Source: Gemmatimonadales bacterium (GTDB taxonomy: Bacteria; Gemmatimonadota; Gemmatimonadetes; Gemmatimonadales; GWC2-71-9). Taken from it: a stretch of 64,000 bases of DNA. The notes beneath the pieces were generated by a model. That model saw nothing but the letters and a program-made list of their open reading frames with translations. It searched no databases and was not told where the DNA came from. A program made the translations under genes and the position numbers. Where the stretch lies: assembly GCA_036006525.1 (NCBI GenBank), contig DASYPP010000109.1, positions 29,518 through 93,517 on the forward strand, read 5' to 3'. Every line of letters begins with the position of its first letter. Position 1 is the first letter of the stretch. Of the stretch, positions 44,291-53,947 are shown in pieces.

Positions 44291-44914
44291 ATGAACCTGC
44301 CCTACGATCGAGATATCTCAGTTCAGCATCTCCGTGCCGCCGACCCCCGGCTCGCGTTGGTGATCGACCGCGCCGGGCCCTGCCGCCTGGAACTGGAAAC
44401 GGTGCAAGATCCCTTCGCGGCGCTGGCGCAGTCCATCGTGTATCAGCAACTCACCGGCAAGGCGGCCGGGACCATTCATGGCCGGCTGGTCGGACTGTTC
44501 AAGCCGGCCCGGCGGCTCAGGCCCGAATCGCTGCTGGAAGCCTCGGATGAGCGGCTCCGTGGCGCGGGCCTTTCCCGCGGCAAGGTCGCGGCTCTGCGAG
44601 ACCTCGCCTTGAAGAGCCTGGACGGCACGGTGCCCTCCATGACCAGACTGCGGCGCATGGAGAACGAGGAGATCATCGAGCGACTGACCTCGATCCGGGG
44701 AATCGGCCGCTGGACGGTGGAAATGCTGCTGATCTTCCGACTGGGCCGCCCGGACGTGCTGCCGGTGACCGACTACGGAGTCCGCAAGGGGTTCGCGCGG
44801 GCGTTCAGGAAGCGGAAGCTGCCGACACCCGCCCAGCTGGAGCGATACGGCCGGCGATGGGCGCCGTATCGCTCAGTGGCTGCCTGGTACCTGTGGCGAG
44901 CCTGTGAGGAATGA
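44291..44914 (+). CDS. HhH-GPD DNA glycosylase (AlkA / 3-methyladenine glycosylase II-like)
   Basis: I moved the start to the ATG at 44291. FAALAQSIVYQQLTGKAA, LTSIRGIGRWTVEMLLIF..GRPDVLPVTDYGVRKG. The TGA stop overlaps the first unit of the 9-mer array. Confidence 0.8.
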   Translation: MNLPYDRDISVQHLRAADPRLALVIDRAGPCRLELETVQDPFAALAQSIVYQQLTGKAAGTIHGRLVGLFKPARRLRPESLLEASDERLRGAGLSRGKVAALRDLALKSLDGTVPSMTRLRRMENEEIIERLTSIRGIGRWTVEMLLIFRLGRPDVLPVTDYGVRKGFARAFRKRKLPTPAQLERYGRRWAPYRSVAAWYLWRACEE

Positions 44915-45031
44915 GGGGATTGAAGGGATTGAGGGGATTGAAGGGATTGAAGGGATTGAGGGGATTGAGGGGATTGAAAGTATCTCAACCCAATCCCATC
45001 AATCCCGTCAATCCTATCAATCCCCTCAATC
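44913..45031. repeat. Inverted pair of 9-mer arrays: GARGGGATT x7.5 (44913-44980), 10-nt spacer, CAATCCNNT x4.5 (44991-45031)
   Basis: Read directly. This is the largest array in the window. It fills the whole gap between two convergent stop codons (44912-44914 and 45033-45035). Confidence 0.95.
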
Positions 45032-45032
45032 T

Positions 45033-46463
45033 TCAAGATCCCCGAATCCGCAGGAACAGCAGCTGCCCATTCTCCTTCGTCAGGTTCGCGGCCGGGGCGG
45101 GGAGGCTGTGAGCCTGGATGTCAAAGAGCCAGGTTCCCGGCCCCATCCACGCTGATGCGTCGATGATCCCGCTCGACTCCCAGCAGGTTCCCTGAGCCTC
45201 TACGCAATTGGTGTTCTCCAACTCGACGACCGCCTGTCCCCGGGAGGCGAGCCGGCCGCGCCGGTCAAAGCCAAACTGGTAGATCCGGGGTGCTCGCGCG
45301 AACGTCGGCACCGCGGGATCTTCCTGGACCATCAGGCTGTTGCGCCCGGCGGAAATGTTATCGGGCGAAGCCCACTCGCTCAGCCAGCCCCGCGAGCGCT
45401 CCAGCAGCATGAGCGTTGCCCTGGTCGGATCGTTCCGATCAAAGACTACCCGATAAATGGACCCGTAGGTATCGCACACCACGCCGCCGGAACAGAAGGT
45501 CACGTCATTGCCGGTGTCCACGAAGTAGATCGACGGGTTGCCGTCAGGTCCGACCCCCTTCTGGTAGTCCGCATCCTCGAGCCGGACAAAGGGAAACGCG
45601 CCGAGCGCGGTCACCGCGGCCTGCAGCTGAGAAGAGGACATCGATGCCGCATTGGGCACTTCGACGAACTGACCCGGATACTCTCCGCCTTCGTGCAGCA
45701 CCGACACGTCGACCGCGGCTGAAGTGGTGAACACGTACAGCTTGCCGGTGCCGTTGATCACATCGGCTTCGCTATTGCCGACATACAGGTACAACTCTGA
45801 AGCTCCCCGCGTGTCATCGGTGCCAACGGTGACCACCTTGCCCGGAAATCCGGGCACGCCGATCTGGTTCTCATGGGCGTAGCGACCCAGCCAGGGCAGT
45901 TCGTGAACGGTTCCATTCTGTCCGATCGCCAGCTGAATGCCATCGTGGACGCCGCCCGAGGATTCTTCGCCGGTGAAGAAGTAGCCGGAGGGGAAACCTT
46001 CATGGAGACCGACATAGGTCGCGGAACAGAGCCGCTGATACTGTTCCGTGCCGGTGATGAAAAACGTGGCATCCGAGACGGTCTTGGCCCGGGGATCCAG
46101 AATGAGATGCGACACCCGGGCGTTGAGGAACTGGGCGACGCCGTTGTTGTCGGGAACGCCGGAAGACGTCAGCTCATGGTTGGCGAACAGGACGAGGTTG
46201 GTGCCGTCACTGTAGGCGCCGAGTCCATCCGGTACGGGGGCCCAGATGGCACCGCCGGGCAGAGTATCCCCAGTAGTTACGATGGGGACCAGGTCGGCGC
46301 GGGGTACCAGGGCGTGGGCCTGCGCCGACTGGGAGGTGCGAAACCCGCCGAGCGCGGAGGTCTCGAGGCTGGGAATGCTGGTGGTGGGGAGGTCCTGCGA
46401 TTTGTCACAACCCAGCAACACTGTCACGGCGGCGGCAACAAGAATGGATCGGGGTCTCAGCAT
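45033..46463 (-). CDS. Secreted lipoprotein, DUF839/PhoX-like beta-propeller candidate
   Basis: MLRPRSILVAAAVTVLLGC lipobox. GLGAYSDGTNLVLFANHEL and later GRYAHEN resemble the PhoX/DUF839 pattern. Recognised from memory only. Confidence 0.45.
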   Translation of the reverse strand: MLRPRSILVAAAVTVLLGCDKSQDLPTTSIPSLETSALGGFRTSQSAQAHALVPRADLVPIVTTGDTLPGGAIWAPVPDGLGAYSDGTNLVLFANHELTSSGVPDNNGVAQFLNARVSHLILDPRAKTVSDATFFITGTEQYQRLCSATYVGLHEGFPSGYFFTGEESSGGVHDGIQLAIGQNGTVHELPWLGRYAHENQIGVPGFPGKVVTVGTDDTRGASELYLYVGNSEADVINGTGKLYVFTTSAAVDVSVLHEGGEYPGQFVEVPNAASMSSSQLQAAVTALGAFPFVRLEDADYQKGVGPDGNPSIYFVDTGNDVTFCSGGVVCDTYGSIYRVVFDRNDPTRATLMLLERSRGWLSEWASPDNISAGRNSLMVQEDPAVPTFARAPRIYQFGFDRRGRLASRGQAVVELENTNCVEAQGTCWESSGIIDASAWMGPGTWLFDIQAHSLPAPAANLTKENGQLLFLRIRGS

Positions 46464-46516
46464 GGTGGAGCCTCGCGAAGAGAGTGAAGCGACGAACCGC
46501 TAGCGCCGTATCATCT

Positions 46517-49342
46517 CTAGGCGATGTCACCAACCCGCCATTCAGTGGTCTCAGGGATGTAAACAGTTTCCTCCAGCGCGTCGCGCAGGTAGCGACCGGT
46601 GTGGGAGCGCGGCTCGGCGGCCACGATTTCCGGCGGCCCCTGCACCACCACCTGCCCGCCGCCCGGGCCGCCTTCCGGCCCCATGTCGATGATCCAGTCC
46701 GCCCGCTTGATCACATCGATGTGATGCTCGATCACGACGACCGTGTGCCCGGCATCGACTAACCGGTCGAGAACCTGGATGAGGACCCGGACATCCTCCA
46801 GGTGAAGCCCGGTAGTGGGTTCATCGAGCAGGTACAGCTTGCGCCCGCTCTTCTTTCCCGCCGACAGCAGCTCCCGGGCGATCTTCAGCCGCTGCGCCTC
46901 GCCGCCGGACAGGGTCGTCGCCGGCTGGCCCAGCCGGAGGTATCCCAGGCCCACCTGCTGGAGTTGCCACAACGCGGCGCCCAGCCTGGGCTGGTGCCGG
47001 AACCGGTTGATGGCGTCGTCCACCGTCCATTGCAGCACGTCGTGGATCGAGTGGCCCCGGATCCGGACCTGCAGCACCTCGGGCTTGAAGCGGGTCCCCG
47101 CGCAGGCTTCGCAGGGCACGAACACGTCGGCGAGGAACACCATCTCGACCTGGACGAAGCCCGCGCCTTCGCACGTCTCACAGCGGCCACCGGGGACATT
47201 GAACGAGAAAGTCGCGGGAGAATAGCGCCGACGCCTGGCCTCGGGCTGATCGGCAAAGAGCTCGCGGATCTCGTCGAACGCGCGGATATAGGTGACCGGG
47301 TTGGAGCGGGGCGAGCGGCCGATCGGGCTCTGGTCGATGAGCCCCACGTCGTGGATCGTCTCCCACCCTGTCAGCGCCTCCACCGCTCCGACCGGTTCAC
47401 CCAGGTGAGACTTGGCGCTGTGCCCGCCCCGCAGCCGCGCCTCCAGCTGGCGATACAGGACGTCGTGCAGCAGTGTGCTCTTCCCGGAGCCGGATACGCC
47501 GGTCACCACGGTGAGGGTGCCGAGCGGAATATCGGCATTTACCCGGTCAAGGTTGTGAAGGGTCGCTCCCCGGATGCCAAGCCAGGCGGGCCCGGCCACT
47601 CGTCGCACGCTGGGCACGCCGATCCGGCGCCGCCCGGTGAGATACTCGCCGGTCAGTGAGTTGGTCGCGCCCTCCAGGGGCCCGGCATACACCACCTCGC
47701 CGCCCTTCTCCCCGGCGCCCGGTCCCAGCTCCAGCATGAAATCCGCCTGCCGGATCGCGGCCATGTCATGTTCCACCACGACCAGGGTGTTCCCCTGGTC
47801 GCGTAACCGGCGGAGCAGGCCGAGCAGCCGGTCGATATCCCGCTGGTGCAGGCCGACTGATGGTTCATCCAGCACGTACAGCGTATCCACCAGCCGGGAA
47901 CCCAGCGCGTTGGCGAGGGCGATGCGTTGCGCCTCGCCACCGGAAAGGGTCCGGGTCTGCCGGTCGAGCGAGAGGTAGCCCAGCCCCACGTCGCGCAGGT
48001 AGGCGATGCGTGATTCGAGCTGTTCCAGGATCAGCGCCGCGATCGTGCGGTCAGATTCGCCGAGCTCGAGCCGCTCCAACCAGAGGTGGATGTCGTCGAT
48101 CGAACGGCTGGCTACCTCCGCGATGGTCTCGCCGTTGATGCGCACCGAAAGCGCCTGGGCGTTCAACCGGGAGCCGGAACAGAGCGGGCAGGTGTTGGCG
48201 AGCTGGTATTGCCGGAGAAACACCCGGATGTACTGCTTGTAGCGCTTTTCTTCCAGGCCCTTGAGAAAGGGAAAGATCCCCAGGTACCGGCCCACCTTGC
48301 CATAGAGCAGCTCGCGCCGGTGCGCCGCCTTAAGCCGTGCCCATGGCTTGTCGGGATCGGCGCCCAGCTTGCGGGCCGCTTCGATCAGCAGCCGGCGCCG
48401 GGTCTCGTAGCGAGGCTTGGTCCACGGGTCAATCGCGCCCTGGGCCAGGCTCTTCGAAGGATCGGGAATCACCAGCGACTCGTCGTACTCCAGTACCGCC
48501 CCGAAGCCGTTGCATCCGCCGCAGGCGCCTCGCGGATTATTAAAGGAAAAGAGCGCGGGAGTGATCGATGGCGCGGGCGTTTCGCAGCTGCTGCACGCGG
48601 GCGACTCGGAGAACCGGATCCGCCCGATCTCGTGCACGGCCAGCGCCACGCCTTCACCCTGCTGGAACGCGGTAGCGATCGCATCGCTGATCCGGAGCCG
48701 GTCGCTTTCCTGGACGCCCAGCCGGTCGACGACCACCAGGACTTCTTTCGCGGCGCCGAGGTTGGCCTCGGGCGGCAGCTCGTCCAGCCGGACCGGACGG
48801 TTGTCGACCAGGAGCCGGACAAAGCCCAGGGCCGCCAGGTTCTCGACGACCAGCTGGTGATTGGTTCGAGCCGCGGCGACCAGGGGGAACGCGACCTGGA
48901 GCCGCCCCGCCAGTGTTGCCATGATGGTGGCGGTCGCGCTTTCCGGGGAGTCACGCCGAACCGCCGCGCCGCACTTCCGGCAGATCGGCTTGCCGACCCG
49001 GGCCCAGAGCAGTCGGAGAAAGTCATAGACCTCGGTGGCCGTCCCCACGGTGGAGCGGCTCGACACCGTCGGATTTCGCTGTTCGATCGCCACGGCTGGC
49101 GCCAGCCCTTCGAGCCGGTCCACCATCGGCTTGGGCATCCGGTCGAGAAACTGCTTGGCGTAAGTCGACAACGACTCGATGTAGCGGCGCTGTCCCTCGG
49201 CGTAGAGCGTCTCGAATGCGAGCGAACTCTTGCCGGAGCCGGAGGGGCCGGTGACGACCGTCAGCGCTCGGTGGGGGAGGTCTACGGTAACGCCGCGAAG
49301 GTTGTTCTGGCGGGCATTGACGATGCGGATGTAACCGGGCAT
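46517..49342 (-). CDS. uvrA: Excinuclease ABC subunit A
   Basis: 941 aa. Two ABC modules (GPSGSGKSSLAF, GVSGSGKSTLL; LSGGEAQR twice) and zinc-finger Cys clusters. Confidence 0.95.
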   Translation of the reverse strand: MPGYIRIVNARQNNLRGVTVDLPHRALTVVTGPSGSGKSSLAFETLYAEGQRRYIESLSTYAKQFLDRMPKPMVDRLEGLAPAVAIEQRNPTVSSRSTVGTATEVYDFLRLLWARVGKPICRKCGAAVRRDSPESATATIMATLAGRLQVAFPLVAAARTNHQLVVENLAALGFVRLLVDNRPVRLDELPPEANLGAAKEVLVVVDRLGVQESDRLRISDAIATAFQQGEGVALAVHEIGRIRFSESPACSSCETPAPSITPALFSFNNPRGACGGCNGFGAVLEYDESLVIPDPSKSLAQGAIDPWTKPRYETRRRLLIEAARKLGADPDKPWARLKAAHRRELLYGKVGRYLGIFPFLKGLEEKRYKQYIRVFLRQYQLANTCPLCSGSRLNAQALSVRINGETIAEVASRSIDDIHLWLERLELGESDRTIAALILEQLESRIAYLRDVGLGYLSLDRQTRTLSGGEAQRIALANALGSRLVDTLYVLDEPSVGLHQRDIDRLLGLLRRLRDQGNTLVVVEHDMAAIRQADFMLELGPGAGEKGGEVVYAGPLEGATNSLTGEYLTGRRRIGVPSVRRVAGPAWLGIRGATLHNLDRVNADIPLGTLTVVTGVSGSGKSTLLHDVLYRQLEARLRGGHSAKSHLGEPVGAVEALTGWETIHDVGLIDQSPIGRSPRSNPVTYIRAFDEIRELFADQPEARRRRYSPATFSFNVPGGRCETCEGAGFVQVEMVFLADVFVPCEACAGTRFKPEVLQVRIRGHSIHDVLQWTVDDAINRFRHQPRLGAALWQLQQVGLGYLRLGQPATTLSGGEAQRLKIARELLSAGKKSGRKLYLLDEPTTGLHLEDVRVLIQVLDRLVDAGHTVVVIEHHIDVIKRADWIIDMGPEGGPGGGQVVVQGPPEIVAAEPRSHTGRYLRDALEETVYIPETTEWRVGDIA

Positions 49343-49412
49343 TGCCCGAAAGATAATTGGGCGACGGCTCGCCCCTAGCCCCGGGTCTCATCGGCCTGTA
49401 GTTTCCCGGCTC

Positions 49413-50513
49413 ATGGCGAAAAACGTCCTCGCTCCTCGCCTGCTGCTTCGCGGTCTCGAGATCTTCCTCCTCATTTCTCTGGTGGGATATGGGGCGGTCC
49501 TGTTGTACGGCAACAACCTTCCCGCGTTCATCCAGTCCCTGAAAGGTGTGCGCTGGCCCTGGCTGGTGGTCGGGCTGGGCCTGGCATCGATGGACTGGAT
49601 CGGCGGCGGGCTCCGGCTCTGGGTGGTAGCGCGCCATATCCACCCCAAGCCGCCGTTGAAGGGAATGATCCTGGCGGGAGGGATGAGCGCCTGGGCGGCG
49701 TACCTGACGCCGCTGCAGTCCGGGGCCGCGCCGATGATGATCTACACCATGCGGCGCTACGGCTTGAGCGTGCCGGTGGCCATGACGTCCACGCTCATGA
49801 CCTTCATTGCCACGGTGGCGTTCTTCGCCATGGCCGGCCCGCTGGCATTCGTATTCGGGGCAGGGAAATCACTGGGCGACAAGGGCAACGTGCTTGGGCT
49901 GTCGCTCTACGACCTTTTCCTCGGCAGCTGGGGAATTTTCGCCTTCCTTGGCCTGCTCTTCGTTTTTGTGATCTTCTTTCCCCGCATCGTGCGCGATTTT
50001 ATCAACTGGATCGCGGGGAAAGTCGGGAAGCGGAGCCGGCGGGTCAGCGAACGGCTGGAGAAGCTGCGGGCCGGAGTGGAAGAAGCCCACAAGAGCGTGG
50101 TGGCCTTCAACACGCCGCGCGGTTGGCTGGCGTTGTTCTGGGCGACGATCATCTCCGGTCCCTCGCATGCCAACAAGCTGCTGGCCGGGTATGTCGCCCT
50201 CAGGGCGGTGGGCATTCACGCGAACTTCGTCGACATCCTGCTGGTGCAGACCCTCATCACCTTCCTGCTCTATTTCGCCCCGACTCCCGGCGCGTCGGGA
50301 GTGGCCGAAGTGCTATCGACCGTGGTCATGTCGGTGTACGTCGCGAAGGGCACCGCGCCGCTCTATACCCTGATCTGGCGACTGATCCTGAGCTACTATA
50401 CCATCGCGTTCGGGTTCATCGTCTTTTCCCGCTGGGTGCGGCAGGGAATCAAGGAAAAGCTGGAGGACGGCCTGACGGCGGACGAGAAGCTGGCCGTGAG
50501 CGAGAAGCAGTGA
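49413..50513 (+). CDS. UPF0104 / lysylphosphatidylglycerol-synthase-TM-like (flippase-like) membrane protein
   Basis: An integral membrane protein of about 8 TM helices. The N-terminal pattern RLLLRGLEIFLLISLVGY...WPWLVVGLGLASMDWIGGGLRLWVV is typical of this family. Confidence 0.7.
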   Translation: MAKNVLAPRLLLRGLEIFLLISLVGYGAVLLYGNNLPAFIQSLKGVRWPWLVVGLGLASMDWIGGGLRLWVVARHIHPKPPLKGMILAGGMSAWAAYLTPLQSGAAPMMIYTMRRYGLSVPVAMTSTLMTFIATVAFFAMAGPLAFVFGAGKSLGDKGNVLGLSLYDLFLGSWGIFAFLGLLFVFVIFFPRIVRDFINWIAGKVGKRSRRVSERLEKLRAGVEEAHKSVVAFNTPRGWLALFWATIISGPSHANKLLAGYVALRAVGIHANFVDILLVQTLITFLLYFAPTPGASGVAEVLSTVVMSVYVAKGTAPLYTLIWRLILSYYTIAFGFIVFSRWVRQGIKEKLEDGLTADEKLAVSEKQ

Positions 50514-50526
50514 CCGCAGCCTGACG

Positions 50527-52311
50527 ATGGACCACAGCGAAGAACCTCTCGAACGATCCTACGACGCCGCGTTGTTCCGGCGGCTGCTCCGGTATCTCCG
50601 GCCGTACCGGTGGGCCGCGCTGCTGGCCATCGTGCTGTTGCTGGCGACCGCGGCGCTGTCCCTGGTGGGCCCGGCGCTCACCCAGCAGGCGCTCGACGTT
50701 GCGGTCCCCCACCACGATCCCGGCCTGCTGGCTACCCTGGCCCTCTTCTTCGCCATCGCACTGGTCCTGGAATTCGTCTTCGAGTATGGCGGCACCATCC
50801 TGACGGCCTACCTCGGACAGCGGGTGATGTACGACCTCCGGCTCCAGGTGTTCGGCCACCTCCAGCGGCTCAGCATTCCCTACTTCGACCGGCACCCGGT
50901 CGGCCGGCTGATGACCCGGGTGACTTCGGACGTGGAAACCCTGAACGAGCTGTTCTCCTCGGGGCTGGTGACGGTGTTCGGGGACGTGTTCACCCTGTTC
51001 GCCATCATGACGATGATGCTGGTGCAGGACTGGCGCCTGGCTCTGGTGGCGTTCGGGGTCATCCCGCTGGTCTTTCTCGCGGCGTCCATTTTCCGCCGCC
51101 GGGTCCGCGACGCCTTTCGCGACATCCGGGTCCGCCTGGCAAAGATCAACAGTTTCCTCCAGGAGCACCTGGGCGGGATGCGAGTGGTACAACTGTTCAA
51201 CCGCGAGGCGGCGGCGGCCCGTCAGTTCGACGCGATCAACCGGGAGCACCTGGAGTCGCACCTCAAGTCGATCACCATTTACGCGGTCTTCTTTCCAGTG
51301 ATCGAGCTGCTCACCTCGGTCGCGATCGCGGCGTTGTTGTACTACGGGGGGCTCCGCGCCATCGCCGGCACCCTCACCGTCGGCGTGCTGGCGGCGTTCA
51401 TCCAGCTCACCCGCCGGTTCTTTCAGCCGCTGCAGGACCTCTCGGAGAAGTACAACCTGCTGCAAAGCGCGATGGCCTCGTCGGAGCGGATCTTCCGCCT
51501 GCTGGATACCGACATCAGCGTCGCCGAGCCGGCGCATCCGAAGGTGCTTCCCCAACCGGTGCGCGGCGCGATCGCCTTCGAAGGGGTCTGGTTTCGCTAC
51601 TCCGAAGACGGGCCCTGGGTGTTGCGGGATGTCTCGTTTGTGGCGCCGGCCGGAGGAACCGTGGCGCTGGTAGGGCACACTGGAGCCGGGAAGACCACCA
51701 TCATCAGCCTGCTCCTCCGATTCTACCAGCCGGTCCGGGGCCGGATTACGCTCGATGGAGTCGATATCAGGGAGATCCCCACCGACCTTTTGCGGGCCCA
51801 GATGGGGTTCGTACAGCAGGACCTTTTCCTCTTTACCGGCGATATCCAGCGCAACCTCGCCCTCGACGCACCGATTGGAGAGCCGGAGGTTCGGGAGGCT
51901 GCTCTGCGGGTTGGCGCCGACCGGTTCATCGCGCGCCTGCCCTCGGGTTACCGCCATGTGCTGGGGGAACGGGGACGATCGCTGAGCGTGGGGGAACGAC
52001 AGTTGCTGAGTTTCGCGCGGGCTCTGGCCCGAAACCCGCGGGTGCTGATCCTGGACGAGGCGACGAGCTCGGTGGACACCGAGTCGGAGGCCCTGATCCA
52101 GCGGGCCATCGCCGAGGTAATGGAAGGGAGAACCAGCCTGGTCGTGGCCCACCGTCTGTCGACCATTCTCCACGCCGATGAAATCCTGGTGTTGCACCAC
52201 GGCGAGATCCGGGAGCGGGGAACCCATCGGGGTCTCCTGGCGCAGCAAGGCATCTACCACCGGCTCTATCGCTTGCAATTCGAGCAGCAGCGCCCGGCCC
52301 AAACTGCGTAA
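50527..52311 (+). CDS. ABC exporter, fused permease/ATPase (MsbA/ABCB type)
   Basis: 6-TM N-terminal domain. Walker A GHTGAGKTT, signature LSVGERQ, Walker B LILDEATSSVD, H-loop AHRLST. Confidence 0.9.
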   Translation: MDHSEEPLERSYDAALFRRLLRYLRPYRWAALLAIVLLLATAALSLVGPALTQQALDVAVPHHDPGLLATLALFFAIALVLEFVFEYGGTILTAYLGQRVMYDLRLQVFGHLQRLSIPYFDRHPVGRLMTRVTSDVETLNELFSSGLVTVFGDVFTLFAIMTMMLVQDWRLALVAFGVIPLVFLAASIFRRRVRDAFRDIRVRLAKINSFLQEHLGGMRVVQLFNREAAAARQFDAINREHLESHLKSITIYAVFFPVIELLTSVAIAALLYYGGLRAIAGTLTVGVLAAFIQLTRRFFQPLQDLSEKYNLLQSAMASSERIFRLLDTDISVAEPAHPKVLPQPVRGAIAFEGVWFRYSEDGPWVLRDVSFVAPAGGTVALVGHTGAGKTTIISLLLRFYQPVRGRITLDGVDIREIPTDLLRAQMGFVQQDLFLFTGDIQRNLALDAPIGEPEVREAALRVGADRFIARLPSGYRHVLGERGRSLSVGERQLLSFARALARNPRVLILDEATSSVDTESEALIQRAIAEVMEGRTSLVVAHRLSTILHADEILVLHHGEIRERGTHRGLLAQQGIYHRLYRLQFEQQRPAQTA

Positions 52312-52386
52312 CCCTCACTGGCTTGCGCCTTTAGGGTGAATCCCAGTACGTTTGTCGAAAACCTGTAACGATCAGGATCAGCCCAC

Positions 52387-53943
52387 ATGATGCAACTCGA
52401 GTTCGGCGGGCGACGTTTCGACATACCCGCCGGCGAACTCACGGTTGGAACCGACGCCTCCAGTGGCCTGGTGCTGGAGGGAGAGGGCATTCTCGCCCGT
52501 CACGCGGTTCTCCGTGCCACGACCGAGGGCAGCGCCATTGTCTCGCGGGCATCCGACGCGGCGGCGATCCTCGTCAATGGCGTCCGGGTGGGCGCCGAGT
52601 CGGTGCCGGTGCTGCATGGCGACCGGATCGAGATCGATGGTCTCGAATTGCTGGTGGTGGACAATCGCAAGAGCGGGTCGACCCAGTTCCTCGATGCCTC
52701 CGCCATCGCGGCGATGTCGAGCGCCCCATCGGCTCCCAGGAGCGCCGGTGGCCCCGCCCCGGTGACCGGGGGGCGGCTGGTCTGCCTCACCGACGGCCGC
52801 GAATACACCGTGGGTCCCAGCCTGGTGTTCGGCCGGGAAGCCGGTAACGATGTCGTGGTGGAGAACAACCAGGTTTCCCGGCGCCACGCGGAGATCACCG
52901 CGACTTCCGAGGGGTACGTCCTCACCGATCTCAGCACCAACGGAACCTTCGTCAACGGGACGCGGATCCAGGGCCCGCGCACTCTCGCGCGCGCCGACAT
53001 GATCCGGGTGGGAGATTCCGAGTTCCGCTTTTACGCCGACCAGGCGCCCAAGGCGCCTCCGCCTCCGCCGGCAGTGTCGGCAGCTCCCGAGAAGCTTCCG
53101 TTGCCGCCGGGGGTACCGCCCCTGTCCACTCCGATGTCGAGCGGACCGATAATTCCGCCGATCAAGCCTGACCCGGCTCCGTTGCCAGGCGGCATGCCTC
53201 CGGCGACGGCAATGTCGAGCGGCGGGGTGATTCCGCCCGCCGGCGCTTCGCACCGGCTCAACGACACGATGCACGGGCAATCGCTTCGCCCCTTCGCGCC
53301 CCCGGCTGCCGCGACCGCTCCTCCGGAAGCGCCCTCCCGTCCCTCGGGGAGCGCGGGACAGATGGCCGCGTTCCTGGTGCGGAGCGGCAAGCTCAAGGGA
53401 ACCCGGCTTTCGATCCGGGTCCCGGTGGTCAACATCGGGCGCGCGGACTACAACGACGTGGTGATCGCCGATGACAGCGTAAGCACCGCCCACGCCAAGC
53501 TGCAGCGGAGGGAAGGCGTCTGGGTGCTGACCGATCTCGGGTCTACCAACGGGACATTCGTGGATGGGGAGGCCGTAAGCGGTGAGGTCGCGCTGGGTCC
53601 GGGAGTGACCGTGCGTTTCGGCCAGGTCTCCGTCCTCTTCGAGCCAACCGACGATGCCATGGGCGTGGCGAAGGGCAGTGGAACCCAGATGATGGAGCCG
53701 GTCAAGGTTCCACCCCCGCCTCCCGCACCGACGCCGCGGCCAACCCCAGCACCGCCCGCGTCCGCCGCTCCGCCCCGAGCTCCGGCTCCAGCGCCCCGGG
53801 AAGCGCAGGCCCGCCCCGTCCCCACGGCACGGCGCCCACCTCCGGTGGTGACGGCCCCGGCGAAATCCGGAGGCAAGTGGATAATCCCCACCCTGCTGAT
53901 CGCAGGCCTGGCCGCACTCGTCTACTACCTGCTGAACCGATAA
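52387..53943 (+). CDS. Triple-FHA-domain protein with Pro-rich linkers and a C-terminal membrane anchor
   Basis: FHA1 from about 52387, FHA2 from about 52768 (VFGREAGNDVVVENNQVSRRHAEI...TDLSTNGTFVNG), FHA3 from about 53363 (NIGRADYNDVVIADDSVSTAHAKL...TDLGSTNGTFVDG). The tail is KWIIPTLLIAGLAALVYYLL. Confidence 0.85.
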   Translation: MMQLEFGGRRFDIPAGELTVGTDASSGLVLEGEGILARHAVLRATTEGSAIVSRASDAAAILVNGVRVGAESVPVLHGDRIEIDGLELLVVDNRKSGSTQFLDASAIAAMSSAPSAPRSAGGPAPVTGGRLVCLTDGREYTVGPSLVFGREAGNDVVVENNQVSRRHAEITATSEGYVLTDLSTNGTFVNGTRIQGPRTLARADMIRVGDSEFRFYADQAPKAPPPPPAVSAAPEKLPLPPGVPPLSTPMSSGPIIPPIKPDPAPLPGGMPPATAMSSGGVIPPAGASHRLNDTMHGQSLRPFAPPAAATAPPEAPSRPSGSAGQMAAFLVRSGKLKGTRLSIRVPVVNIGRADYNDVVIADDSVSTAHAKLQRREGVWVLTDLGSTNGTFVDGEAVSGEVALGPGVTVRFGQVSVLFEPTDDAMGVAKGSGTQMMEPVKVPPPPPAPTPRPTPAPPASAAPPRAPAPAPREAQARPVPTARRPPPVVTAPAKSGGKWIIPTLLIAGLAALVYYLLNR

Positions 53944-53947
53944 CCTC

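Noticed and set aside
44904-45155. ORFs translating to MRNEGIEGIEGIEG... and MRGLKGLRGLKGLKG..., and the minus-strand ORF at 44773-45036
   Set aside because: They are products of translating the 9-mer array between two well-supported convergent genes.
48086-49378. A 430-aa plus-strand ORF
   Set aside because: It is antisense to uvrA.
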